From: Nanobdellati archaeon
GTDB taxonomy: Archaea > Nanobdellota > Nanobdellia > CSSed11-243R1
Direction of reading: 5' to 3'
DNA: 64,000 bases
Assembly: GCA_027007025.1 (NCBI GenBank)
Contig: JALTFL010000002.1
Location: 167,066-231,065 of the forward strand
Position numbers and translations under genes: made by a program. Under the pieces are notes generated by a model that ran no database searches, was not told the DNA's origin, and worked only from the letters and a program-made list of their open reading frames with translations. Positions 18,898 to 27,680 of this stretch are shown piece after piece. The stretch's first letter is position 1. Each line of letters opens with the position of its first letter.

Positions 18898-19461
18898 TTG
18901 CATATGGGAATTGGGGAAGCTTTGAAAACACTCTTTGGCGAAAGTGAAGATAAAACACTAAATTCTATTCTTGAAATAAGCTCCATATTCACGAATGCAT
19001 TTGACAAATTTACATTAACCGGACGCCTGGCGGTTGATTTACATTTTGATAAAATGTTCCCTGCCGCTAGTGAGGTTGAATTATTGAGCACTATTAATAA
19101 AATCAATCCTGCCGTTAATCACATACTTGATAGGGGTTACAAAATTCAGTCAGTTGTACATGGCGATGAATTTTACAAAGTTAACCTTGGGAAAGAAAGG
19201 TATAACATTACTATTTATGCGTTTTCCGCTTTGCCGAATACAATAAAGGACTCTGAAAAGAAGATGATTAAATACAATGATACGGCGTATGATATTTTGC
19301 TCGCAAGCCCGGAGGACATTTTTTTGGTAGGGTTGCTTTATGATAAAACTTATCATACTTTAATGAACGAAATAAACAAGGAGAAACTCTTTAAAAAATA
19401 TAATAACTTTTCAGAAGACTTAAAGGATAGAATGGATAAAAACTTTAATCTAAATCAATAG
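18898..19461 (+). CDS. hypothetical protein
   Basis: 187 aa. Confidence 0.35.
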   Translation: MHMGIGEALKTLFGESEDKTLNSILEISSIFTNAFDKFTLTGRLAVDLHFDKMFPAASEVELLSTINKINPAVNHILDRGYKIQSVVHGDEFYKVNLGKERYNITIYAFSALPNTIKDSEKKMIKYNDTAYDILLASPEDIFLVGLLYDKTYHTLMNEINKEKLFKKYNNFSEDLKDRMDKNFNLNQ

Positions 19462-20433
19462 TTTCCCTTTGTCATATATCAACCTAAAATTGCCTTTTTT
19501 TATCGCTATTAACTTAGCGTTTGTTAACAAATAATCCTCATGGTCGTTACAGTAATAAATCGAGCCGAATTCTCTGCTTGGTCCCCTTGCGATGTGCAAT
19601 CCTCTTTTCTCGCTTTCGAGGATTTCTGCGGTTGGATTTGAGTTTATGTTAAATCCAAGTCCAAGTTCGCCAATAACATCCCCATACTTGTACATTTTAG
19701 CGCCCTCTTTTAGGATTTTTTCCATCTCTTTGTCTTTGCTTTCAATGTTCACAACTTTTCCGTTCTCCCATGTGACAATTACTGGCTCTTTTAAGAGATG
19801 TTCCCCTGCTCGATATTCGACATACATCTTTCCGTTTGTCATATCCTCAATTGGTCCCGTGAATATTTCTCCGGCGGGGAGATTTCCAAATCCTCTTTCT
19901 TCGACAGTTAAATCATCAAGCCATCTCCTGTCGCCTATGAATAGATCTAGCTCATACTCTCTATTCGGTCCAGATAGAACTTTGAAGACATTGTAATTTT
20001 TCAGAATATTCTTTAGCCTAAGAGCATCTTGCTTCATTTGAGTATAATTTATATCAAATGGACCATTATTTCTGAGCATTTCTTCAGTTATACCGGGGCA
20101 GTGCGCAATTTTCCCTATTTTTTCCAATTCTGTTAGCAGTTGAATTCTCATTGGGCGCTCTTCCGAAAATGCTTCAAATAGTGTGATTGTTAAGTCCGGC
20201 TGTATTTCATTTATTATATGATCTAATTCTGTTGGAATTTCCTTAAGAGGTCTTTTGTAATTATCAATTTCAAAATTAGTTATCTCTCCATCAAATTTGC
20301 TTTTAAGGATTGCATCTTCGAAGGCGTCAACAACAGCTTTTTTATGTTTGTCTTGAACTATTAAAATTCTCTTCGTATTTTGAATTTCGTAAATCGCCTC
20401 AAGTGCGCTTTTTAACCCTTCAGTAACACTCAT
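19450..20433 (-). CDS. aminopeptidase, M29 (AmpS/aminopeptidase T)-like
   Basis: C-terminal LGLGFNINSNPTAEILESEKRGLHIARG resembles M29 family motifs. Confidence 0.45.
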   Translation of the reverse strand: MSVTEGLKSALEAIYEIQNTKRILIVQDKHKKAVVDAFEDAILKSKFDGEITNFEIDNYKRPLKEIPTELDHIINEIQPDLTITLFEAFSEERPMRIQLLTELEKIGKIAHCPGITEEMLRNNGPFDINYTQMKQDALRLKNILKNYNVFKVLSGPNREYELDLFIGDRRWLDDLTVEERGFGNLPAGEIFTGPIEDMTNGKMYVEYRAGEHLLKEPVIVTWENGKVVNIESKDKEMEKILKEGAKMYKYGDVIGELGLGFNINSNPTAEILESEKRGLHIARGPSREFGSIYYCNDHEDYLLTNAKLIAIKKGNFRLIYDKGKLLI

Positions 20434-20494
20434 AAAAACACCCCTATTACTATATATCAGTAACTAATTTATATTTATTCCCATTTTAGCTATT

Positions 20495-20713
20495 ATGATA
20501 ATCAAAGTAAAAGTTGTTCCAAAATCCTCAAAAGTCTCTGTTGAGCAAAGAGACGATGTTCTCCATGTCAAGTTAACCGCTCCTCCGGACAAGGGCAAGG
20601 CAAACAAGCAGTTGGTTGAAGTTTTAGCCCGACATTTCGGCGTCAAGAAGCAAATGGTTAAAATTTTAAAAGGCGAAACATCTCATAATAAAGTAATTGA
20701 AATTGAAATTTAA
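20495..20713 (+). CDS. DUF167/YggU (UPF0235) protein
   Basis: KVKVVPKSSK...VKLTAPPDKGKANKQLVEVLARHFGV is diagnostic for the family. Confidence 0.7.
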   Translation: MIIKVKVVPKSSKVSVEQRDDVLHVKLTAPPDKGKANKQLVEVLARHFGVKKQMVKILKGETSHNKVIEIEI

Positions 20714-20786
20714 TGCCTCAGCACCGCCTTCTTAGGAAGAAGGTAGGTTGCCAAGAAATGCCTCGGTGGCATGATGTTGAGGTGAT
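20714..20786 (+). other. structured tRNA-Thr 5' leader with intron-like motif and pseudo 5'-half
   Basis: GCCTCAGCA (20715-23) can pair with TGTTGAGGT (20775-83). It encloses CCTTCTTAGGAAGAAGG-TAGGTTGCCAAGAA, a homolog of the element inside the tRNA-Leu D-loop intron. It also carries a duplicate of the tRNA 5' end, GCCTCGGTGGC, at 20760-70. Confidence 0.5.
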
Positions 20787-20940
20787 GCCTCGGTGGCGCA
20801 GTCGGTAGCGCGTAAGCCTTTTCTTTCCGTAAGAAAAGCATTAAGGGAAAAGAGATGGCTGTGCAGTTGCTTGGTAATTGGCTGCGTTTGGAAGCTTTCC
20901 AATGAGCAAAAGGTCGTGGGTTCGAATCCCACCCGAGGCT
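20787..20940 (+). tRNA. tRNA-Thr(GGT), two introns
   Basis: Acceptor GCCTCGG/CCGAGGC with discriminator T. D-arm GCGC-AGTCGGTA-GCGC. Intron 1 about 20813-20865, after position 26. Anticodon stem GTTGC/GCAAA with loop TTGGTAA. Intron 2 about 20878-20905 (28 nt, 37/38). Variable region AGGTC. T-arm GTGGG-TTCGAAT-CCCAC. Confidence 0.6.
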
Positions 20941-21030
20941 TTTATATATGCACTGTCTTATGTTAATTTTAACATTTTACAAGTGGTTACAAATAATAAT
21001 GCTTATAAATCAGCATTTTGTTATCCAACT

Positions 21031-21264
21031 ATGGGGCAAAAAGAGTTAGAAACTTTATTGAAAGAAGCAGGAATTGAAAAAGGAGATTTTGTTAAAATTT
21101 CTTTGAGGAATAAAGATTATCCAGTTTTTGGATATGTTAGATATATTTCTAATCGTCCTGTAAGCACAATTGTGTTTAATAAGGAAATAAACCAATATGA
21201 ATTTGGTGAAGAGGGTTATTTTGTTTATCTTGCTTTGTATCCTCCGGAAGAACTTAACCAATAA
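21031..21264 (+). CDS. hypothetical small protein (78 aa)
   Basis: Internal ATG downstream of the tRNA. The upstream part of track ORF 20878..21264 overlaps the tRNA. Confidence 0.35.
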   Translation: MGQKELETLLKEAGIEKGDFVKISLRNKDYPVFGYVRYISNRPVSTIVFNKEINQYEFGEEGYFVYLALYPPEELNQ

Positions 21265-21403
21265 CACATATATTATCAATGATTTCTGAAAATGCATATG
21301 GTGTGTTTTTTGATAGGAATATAAAATCTATAAAAAAGATAAACCCAAATATTTTGGAAGAATTATGATAATTTTGGTTTAACCCAACGCTTTATTATTC
21401 TTC

Positions 21404-21814
21404 ATGGTGATAACATTTTTAAACAGAAATTCTTTGTGTTACTTTATGACTTATTTGCAATTTATAATGGGTATTGGAAATCCTATTGTTGATGGGATAT
21501 ACTTCCCTCTGTACTTTGAGAACCACAAGGAGTTTGTACAATATATAAAAAGTAATCATCTTACTTATTTAAGATATGAGGAACTTCCTGCTTTGACGTT
21601 GGAATCCACATTCGCCGAAAAGGATGAAGAGATTAAAAAAATACTTAACGAGGCGTCCGCGGACACGTCTATAGTGGAAGTTTTGCATAAAGGTAGCAGA
21701 CTTTTTCCAAAGAGTATGGGAAGATATGTGGCAGATGTAACACCAATTAAGTTTAATCTAAATGAAAATTTTATAAAAATGAGTGGTATTTCAATGAAGT
21801 TGTCTGATTATTAA
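21404..21814 (+). CDS. hypothetical protein
   Basis: 136 aa. Confidence 0.35.
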   Translation: MVITFLNRNSLCYFMTYLQFIMGIGNPIVDGIYFPLYFENHKEFVQYIKSNHLTYLRYEELPALTLESTFAEKDEEIKKILNEASADTSIVEVLHKGSRLFPKSMGRYVADVTPIKFNLNENFIKMSGISMKLSDY

Positions 21815-21948
21815 ATGCTCTAGTTGAGTTTTATTTTATTCTTGAAGCGTAAGTCATATAAACCTATGCAAAGTGGATTATTTGTCGTAAGGCGCTAAAG
21901 CGCGTGCTAGTTCTTTGCGGCGGAAAAATTAGTAAAAGGTGAAAAATT

Positions 21949-22146
21949 TTGGAAGGAACTGTAAAATTTTATAACAGCAAAAAAAGATTCGGATTTATAT
22001 CCGGAGATGACGGAAAAGATTACTTCTTCCACTTTAGTGGAATAGAAAGAGGGGAGTTTGTCAAAGACAACGACAAAGTTTCCTTTGAGGTAGTAGAGGG
22101 CGACAAAGGTCCTAAAGCAGAACACGTGAAAGTAATTAAAGAGTGA
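21949..22146 (+). CDS. csp: cold-shock protein (CspA family)
   Basis: GTVKFYNSKKRFGFISGDDGKDYFFHFSGI matches the RNP1/RNP2 motifs. TTG start, with AGGTGA SD 8 nt upstream. Confidence 0.8.
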   Translation: MEGTVKFYNSKKRFGFISGDDGKDYFFHFSGIERGEFVKDNDKVSFEVVEGDKGPKAEHVKVIKE

Positions 22147-22187
22147 ATTATATTTTCTTTAAATTTTTTATTTTTTTATAGCTTTTG

Positions 22188-22817
22188 CTAAATATCTTGA
22201 AGTAGGATAGCATCTAAGTTAATTGGTATAACATTTCCATTTTTATCTATTAATCCTTTTTTCTTTAGTCTGTTTATACTTTCATCCTCTATTGGGATAC
22301 CATTACGTACGGCTTTATATTCTTCAAAAAGTCTAGGTGTTTCTTCACGCACGTATATTACAGATGAGTAGGCATTCACAAGTTCACTGTTGATTATTAA
22401 CTTTCCTCCTTGTCTCTTAAGTAATTCTAACTCCAATGCTGTAGAAACTGTTGGGTCATTTCTACTCTTGTAAGTGTCATTACCGCTATCAATCATCATT
22501 CTTAGTATACCAACAATAGATTTAATTGATTTGTATCTTCTCCTTTTGCTTGCTACTTCTTTTTTTATTGATTCTACTTCCTTATATGGCAAAAATTTTT
22601 CTATTTCGTATAGCTCATCATCTATTTTTTCAAGAATTCCAACGTCATTTAGAATTGTGATTAGTCGTTTAACATAGTCCCTACTTACTTTTTCATTTGG
22701 CTTTGAAATTTTTCTTAGATAATTTAAGAGCTCATCTTCTGAAAATTTTGTTATCCCATTGTCTTTAATAAAATTGTATAATTTTTCTATAGTCTCCTGT
22801 GGTGAGTGATACCCCAT
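22188..22817 (-). CDS. hypothetical protein
   Basis: 209 aa. Confidence 0.35.
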   Translation of the reverse strand: MGYHSPQETIEKLYNFIKDNGITKFSEDELLNYLRKISKPNEKVSRDYVKRLITILNDVGILEKIDDELYEIEKFLPYKEVESIKKEVASKRRRYKSIKSIVGILRMMIDSGNDTYKSRNDPTVSTALELELLKRQGGKLIINSELVNAYSSVIYVREETPRLFEEYKAVRNGIPIEDESINRLKKKGLIDKNGNVIPINLDAILLQDI

Positions 22818-22858
22818 ACATCCATCAAGGGGTATACTATTTTAAAACTTTACTATTC

Positions 22859-23287
22859 CTAAGAGATGACATCAATGACTTTTATTTTAAAATTTAGTGT
22901 CTTACCTGCTAGTGGAGGATTCAAGTCAACAGTTACTTTTTCATCCCCTATCTTTGTAATTCTCGCGGGCAATTGTCCCAAGTTTGGAACATCAATTCCA
23001 ATCGTCGCTCCTTCCTTCAATTCCATACTTTCGGGGAACTGCTTTTTTGGTATCTCAGCTATAAGCTCTGGGTTTGGCTGCCCGTACGCCTTTTCAGGAG
23101 GCAATTTAACATCCTTTTCTTCTCCCTTTTCCATACCTATTACAGCTTCTTCAAATCCTTTTATCAAGCTGCCGTCTCCGACCTTGAACTCCAGGGGCTG
23201 CTGCCCTTTGTTTGTGTCAAATACAGTCCCGTCTTCTAGTGTTCCTGTATACTCTACTTTTACTATATCTCCTTCCTTAATAGCCAT
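22859..23287 (-). CDS. FKBP-type peptidyl-prolyl cis-trans isomerase
   Basis: MAIKEGDIVKVEYTGTLEDGTVFDTN...FKVGDGSLIKGFEEAVIGM. Start set to the internal ATG with AAGGAG SD. The track extends to 23362. Confidence 0.75.
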   Translation of the reverse strand: MAIKEGDIVKVEYTGTLEDGTVFDTNKGQQPLEFKVGDGSLIKGFEEAVIGMEKGEEKDVKLPPEKAYGQPNPELIAEIPKKQFPESMELKEGATIGIDVPNLGQLPARITKIGDEKVTVDLNPPLAGKTLNFKIKVIDVIS

Positions 23288-23300
23288 TATATCAACTCCT

Positions 23301-23603
23301 TTACTTCCCAAGAATTTTTGAGAAAAATGATTTTTTGGTTTGTGGATGTAACTTTCTGTCAATTAAATCCACTACTTTCTCTTCAGTTATCTCTCCTCTT
23401 ATCATCTCACCATCAACAAACACCGCTGGAACTCCGAGCAAGTCATATCTTGCTGCCTTTGCCTTTCCTTCAGGTGTTGTTGTTCTATACTTATGAAAAT
23501 CTATTTCATCTCCCTTAAACTTTTTTCTTGCCTTCGCCACGGCGAGCTTAGCCGCTGGACAATGAGGGCAATTTGGAGAAACGAACAATTCCACTAATAC
23601 CAT
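23301..23603 (-). CDS. thioredoxin/glutaredoxin-like protein
   Basis: CPHC active site, then VPAVFVDG. Confidence 0.65.
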   Translation of the reverse strand: MVLVELFVSPNCPHCPAAKLAVAKARKKFKGDEIDFHKYRTTTPEGKAKAARYDLLGVPAVFVDGEMIRGEITEEKVVDLIDRKLHPQTKKSFFSKILGK

Positions 23604-23629
23604 ACTACTTTTTCCAAATTAACTCTTTA

Positions 23630-23845
23630 TTAATCTTTTGTAAAACTTCTCTTTGCGCCGCATTTCGGGCAAACCTGGGGAGGAATAGATGGTGCCCTTT
23701 GGTATGGTAATACATAACCACATTTTTTACATCGCCATTCTGCCATAGACGTTACTTTATTGTCATCCTTTAAATCATTTGTGTGAGAATCTTTGATAAT
23801 TTGTCCCTCTTTGGTGAAATTATAACTTGTATCAATATAAATCAC
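23630..23845 (-). CDS. rubredoxin-like zinc-ribbon protein
   Basis: CKKCGY...CPKCGA pair of CxxC knuckles. Confidence 0.4.
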   Translation of the reverse strand: MIYIDTSYNFTKEGQIIKDSHTNDLKDDNKVTSMAEWRCKKCGYVLPYQRAPSIPPQVCPKCGAKRSFTKD

Positions 23846-23888
23846 AACATTTAAAAAATGTCAATTTAATTTTTAGTTTGGTGATAAA

Positions 23889-24173
23889 GTGGCAGTAGTT
23901 GAGAGAGTGTTTTATGTTGAGAAGAAAGATGTATTTGACAATGATGCGCTGAAAATGCTTGGGTTTAAGTATGAAAGCGCGGCAACTTTGGGCGAGGACA
24001 AGTCCGGATATTTTATGATAATAAAAGCAGATGAAAACGAGTTTGACAAAGAAGAAATAAAATCCGCTCTTAAGGACACAACGGAATTGAGCGGAGAAGA
24101 AAAACAGAAAATAATAAATAAGTTTAAAGAAATTGAAGATAATGCAGCAAGCGGCTTTGCCATGTTTGATTGA
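23889..24173 (+). CDS. hypothetical protein
   Basis: 94 aa, acidic. Confidence 0.35.
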   Translation: MAVVERVFYVEKKDVFDNDALKMLGFKYESAATLGEDKSGYFMIIKADENEFDKEEIKSALKDTTELSGEEKQKIINKFKEIEDNAASGFAMFD

Positions 24174-24182
24174 TGTTTTTGT

Positions 24183-24421
24183 GCGCCGTTAGTCTAGCGA
24201 CCTTTTCTCTCGAGAAAAGCTCGACCAAAAGAGAGAAGGTTGGACAATGGTTAGGATCCGAGCCTTCCACCAACCCTTTCTTTCCAAAAGAAAGCGTTGA
24301 CGGAAAGAAAGGTAGGAGGTGAGCTCGTGACCCGGGTTCAAAAGCACTTTCTCTCTTTGAAAAGAGAGAACCTGCGCTAAGAGAGAAACTTGGCGAGTGT
24401 TTGAAAGTCCCGGACGGCGCA
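24183..24421 (+). tRNA. tRNA-Gly(TCC), three introns
   Basis: Acceptor GCGCCGT/ACGGCGC with discriminator A. D GTCT-AGC..GGTTA-GGAT. Anticodon stem CGAGC/GCTCG with loop CTTCCA..A. Variable region TGAC. T-arm CCGGG-TTCAAA..-CCCGG. Introns about 24199-24248 (D-loop), 24270-24321 (37/38) and 24343-24407 (T-loop). T7 tract after 24421. Confidence 0.7.
24327..24413 (+). repeat. second copy of the 87-nt T-arm+intron module
   Basis: See 9718..9804. Confidence 0.8.
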
Positions 24422-24477
24422 TTTTTTTCTTTTTTAAAAAACCAAAATTTAAAAAGAGGGTTAGTTGTTGATTTAAT

Positions 24478-25257
24478 GTGGAAAATCTGAGGGATTTGTT
24501 CAGCGAAGTAAAGAATCTAAGAGACAAAAAAAGGAACATGCTTGATAAGATTAGAGTAATTAATAATTCTATTCATACAAAGATGGAAAAAAAGAAGGAA
24601 ATTGCCAAGATTGTCAAGAAAAACAAAGGAGAGCGAGATAGAATTGTAGAAGAAATCAAGAAATTGATGGAGAAATTAAAAAGCATACCAAAGTCAGATA
24701 TCAAAGAGGATCCTAGAAGGATAAGAAAATTGATTGAAAGACTTGACTGGAAAATCCAGACAGAAGTTATGCCATACAAGAAGGAGCAGGAGCTCACGAA
24801 GAAGATAAAGGAACTACAGGTGCAGGCGGAGGAGCTTGAAAAGAAATACATAGGCATGAGAGAAAGGGGCAAAATAGAAAACGAAATCAAGCATCTGGAA
24901 CAGGAAAAGAGACTGCTTCATTCAACAGTCATCTCATATTCAAAGCAGTGGAAGGAGATTCATTCTGAAATCGAAAGTTTGATGGAAAAGAAAAACGAGC
25001 TTTTCAAGAAGATGGATGAGATTAATTCTAAAGTAAAAGAAATTGATGCCAAGATAGATTCTGTTAAGAAGGAAATTGGCAGGGAAAAAGCCAAAAGGAT
25101 AGAAGCCGAAGTTTTGGAGAGGGAAAAACGCAGCAAGATAATCAAAGACAAAATAAATGAAAAATTGCTTGAAGTCAAGGAAAAATTCAAGCATAAGAAG
25201 AAGCTGACAAAAGATGATTTGATGATACTCCAAGCGGCAGACGAAGGAATAATCTAA
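24478..25257 (+). CDS. K/E-rich coiled-coil protein
   Basis: 259 aa of heptad-like low complexity. Confidence 0.4.
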   Translation: MENLRDLFSEVKNLRDKKRNMLDKIRVINNSIHTKMEKKKEIAKIVKKNKGERDRIVEEIKKLMEKLKSIPKSDIKEDPRRIRKLIERLDWKIQTEVMPYKKEQELTKKIKELQVQAEELEKKYIGMRERGKIENEIKHLEQEKRLLHSTVISYSKQWKEIHSEIESLMEKKNELFKKMDEINSKVKEIDAKIDSVKKEIGREKAKRIEAEVLEREKRSKIIKDKINEKLLEVKEKFKHKKKLTKDDLMILQAADEGII

Positions 25258-25333
25258 AAGCACCTTCTTAAAGAGAAGCTGCACCAAGAAAAGAAAGTTT
25301 TATCAAAGAAATTATTTATAATAAATACTAAAA
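25258..25333 (+). other. intron-like element between ORF stop and tRNA-Gly(CCC)
   Basis: CCTTCTTAAAGAGAAGCTGCACCAAGAAAAGAAAG is homologous to the anticodon-loop intron of tRNA-Leu (13611-13648). Confidence 0.5.
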
Positions 25334-25454
25334 GCGCCACTAGTCTATTGGTAGGATACGAGCTTCCCAAGACCTTTTCTTTGGGAAAGAAAAGCTCTAC
25401 CAAAAGAAAGGTTGTAAACAGCTCGGGAGCCGGGTTCGATTCCCGGGTGGCGCA
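25334..25454 (+). tRNA. tRNA-Gly(CCC), one canonical anticodon-loop intron
   Basis: Acceptor GCGCCAC/GTGGCGC with discriminator A. D GTCT-ATTGGTA-GGAT. Anticodon stem CGAGC/GCTCG with loop TTCCCAA. Intron about 25371-25420 (50 nt, 37/38). Variable region GGAG. T-arm CCGGG-TTCGATT-CCCGG. Confidence 0.8.
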
Positions 25455-25545
25455 TTCTTCAGAAATATTTATATTTGATGATTACTTATTATATGATATC
25501 ACCATTTCTTTGCGTTTGGCGTTTAAATTACAAAGGGGGTAGATT

Positions 25546-26043
25546 ATGAAAAGATACGATAAAATAGATATAAGCTTAGATGAAAGAGGGGAATTATTGG
25601 ATGAACAACTTGGGGAAGATTTGTTAAGTGATACGACTTTGGTTTACATACAACAGATTGTTTCTGAAAAGATGTATTTTGGCAATAATGAAGTGGTGGA
25701 AGATGTAATGGGAAATGCTATGTTTGAGTACGATTTTGGTAATGAAGAAGTAAATATCCCATCAAGAGAAGAAGTAAATATCCCATCAAAAGAAGAAGAT
25801 ATGGACTACAATGTAAACCATACAAATTTGAGATATATGTTTCATCCATTGAGTGCTGTGTTTGATCATGCTGTAGAAACAGAGGAAGAGAAGAAGTGGA
25901 AGGATGAAAAGGAACTCGAAGGTATGGATTCATTATTGAATCCAGATAAGAACCATGCTGAAGAAACCAACTCTATATTCAGTGGACCAGAAATAGACAA
26001 TCCTGGATGGGAAGACCCTCCAGAAGATGACGACGACGAGTAA
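25546..26043 (+). CDS. acidic protein with internal tandem repeat
   Basis: D/E-rich. Contains a 27-nt tandem duplication (EEVNIPSRE/EEVNIPSKE) at about 25746-25799. Confidence 0.4.
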   Translation: MKRYDKIDISLDERGELLDEQLGEDLLSDTTLVYIQQIVSEKMYFGNNEVVEDVMGNAMFEYDFGNEEVNIPSREEVNIPSKEEDMDYNVNHTNLRYMFHPLSAVFDHAVETEEEKKWKDEKELEGMDSLLNPDKNHAEETNSIFSGPEIDNPGWEDPPEDDDDE

Positions 26044-26144
26044 TTGCATTGCTGGTGAGTGATGTGTACACATTCACCCCTCATTTGAGGGGTTTTTTTC
26101 TATAAATAGTATACATTAAGTTTATTGTTATAATATTATTCTTA

Positions 26145-26375
26145 GTGATTTTTAGGTGTAAATGGATAATTTTATTAATCATTGAAGACAGTAACTTCAT
26201 AAAACTTAAGGAGGATGTGAAAGAAATGTATGAATTTGGAGAATTTAAAGGAAGAAAAACTATAAAGCTTATGCGGACGCCAGACGACAAATATCCATTC
26301 ATATTTGGAAGGGCAAAAGCAAAGCTAATTGTTGAGAATTATGAGGTAATAAAGAAGTTTGCTGAGGAAGAATAA
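26145..26375 (+). CDS. hypothetical small protein
   Basis: 76 aa. Start uncertain. Confidence 0.25.
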   Translation: MIFRCKWIILLIIEDSNFIKLKEDVKEMYEFGEFKGRKTIKLMRTPDDKYPFIFGRAKAKLIVENYEVIKKFAEEE

Positions 26376-26538
26376 TTATTTTTCCTTTCTTCTTTTCCTT
26401 CTTGCCCTTCTTATTTTATCGTAACTTCCAGTTCTTCTTTTTCCTCTTCCTGCTTTTGACATAAATTTTTGAATGAGAGTAAGCTTTATTTAGCTTTCTA
26501 TCGCCAATTTTAAAAGACAGCAATGCTAATCAAATACT

Positions 26539-27051
26539 ATGAAACTTGTTGCTGTTTTGGCAATCGTACTGATAGTTTTTTCGCTTGGATGCGTTTCAAG
26601 TGGGAGACATGATGGAGGTGTCACCATGAAGGTTGAAAGTTCAGACTTGGGGGAATTTGTCCCAAAGCAATTCACATGCGACGGAGAGGGCATAAGCCCT
26701 TCTTTAAGTTGGAGCGGTTTCCCAAACGAGACAAAGTCATTTGCAATTGCGGTTAAAGACCCTGACGCGCCAATGGGAACATGGATTCATTGGCTCGTTT
26801 ACAACATCCCAAAAAATAAGACACATATCGCGCAAAACGAAATTCCGGGAACAGAAGTTATAAACGACTTCAAAAAGGAGCACTATGGGGGACCATGCCC
26901 GCCGTCCGGAACGCACAGGTATTATTTCATTGTTTATGCCCTTGATGTAGCTGACTTGGGGAAGATAAGTGACAAAAATGAATTTTTCGAAAAAGTTGAA
27001 TCCCATACAATTGCAAAGGGAGAATTAATGAGTAAGTATAGTAGGGAATAA
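26539..27051 (+). CDS. PEBP/YbhB-family lipoprotein
   Basis: Signal peptide with Cys (FSLGC), then the PEBP core DPDAP...HW, GPCPP, HRYYF. Confidence 0.75.
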   Translation: MKLVAVLAIVLIVFSLGCVSSGRHDGGVTMKVESSDLGEFVPKQFTCDGEGISPSLSWSGFPNETKSFAIAVKDPDAPMGTWIHWLVYNIPKNKTHIAQNEIPGTEVINDFKKEHYGGPCPPSGTHRYYFIVYALDVADLGKISDKNEFFEKVESHTIAKGELMSKYSRE

Positions 27052-27053
27052 TT

Positions 27054-27680
27054 TTGGAAGTCATTTACGAGAATAAGACAAATGAGATTAGGCTCATTAT
27101 CTCAAATCTAGTCATCATCTTAGTGTTTGGTATCCCTATGATTAGATTAAAAAACATGTTCCTCCCACTGCTCACTATTGTGCTGTTCTCAACAACAATA
27201 ATATTCGTTTTAGTAATTAGGGTATTAATAAGATCAAAGATATATTTCTCTGACAACGGAATCAAGATAGTCGATGTAAACAAAGAAATTCAAATACCCA
27301 AAGAAATAATAAGAAGCATAAACAAGGTGAGATTAACGTTCAACAACTATAACAGGTACATAGATATCCTTGGAATCTGTACCACTAGAATACCCTATGC
27401 AAAAATTGAATCAAAAAGAGGTATATTAGTTTCGATATACAATCTATTTGAGATACTACTACAAAAAGTAAATCTAACAGACTATGTTGAAATGCAATCG
27501 ATGTTCACACAAAACAAAGAGTTAAGTGGGTGTGACATAACTATCCCTCAAACATTCGACTACAAACTGCTGATGAAAAAGTTCAAAGAATACTTTCCAG
27601 AAAAAGTAACTGACAAAATCGTGGTAAAAAAGCAAAAAATAAATTTTAATAATATATCACTTAAAAAGGTATTAAAATGA
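27054..27680 (+). CDS. hypothetical membrane protein
   Basis: 208 aa, 2 TM. Confidence 0.3.
   Translation: MEVIYENKTNEIRLIISNLVIILVFGIPMIRLKNMFLPLLTIVLFSTTIIFVLVIRVLIRSKIYFSDNGIKIVDVNKEIQIPKEIIRSINKVRLTFNNYNRYIDILGICTTRIPYAKIESKRGILVSIYNLFEILLQKVNLTDYVEMQSMFTQNKELSGCDITIPQTFDYKLLMKKFKEYFPEKVTDKIVVKKQKINFNNISLKKVLK

Noticed and set aside
20757-20797. Second tRNA or tRNA fragment gene upstream of tRNA-Thr (duplicate GCCTCGGTGGC)
   Set aside because: Only the 11-nt 5' acceptor/D-start is duplicated. No D, anticodon or T arms follow it. It is treated as part of the structured leader rather than a gene.
23889-24173. Possible aEF-1beta
   Set aside because: Size and acidity fit, but the conserved EF-1beta C-terminal motif is not recognisable, so it is left as hypothetical.
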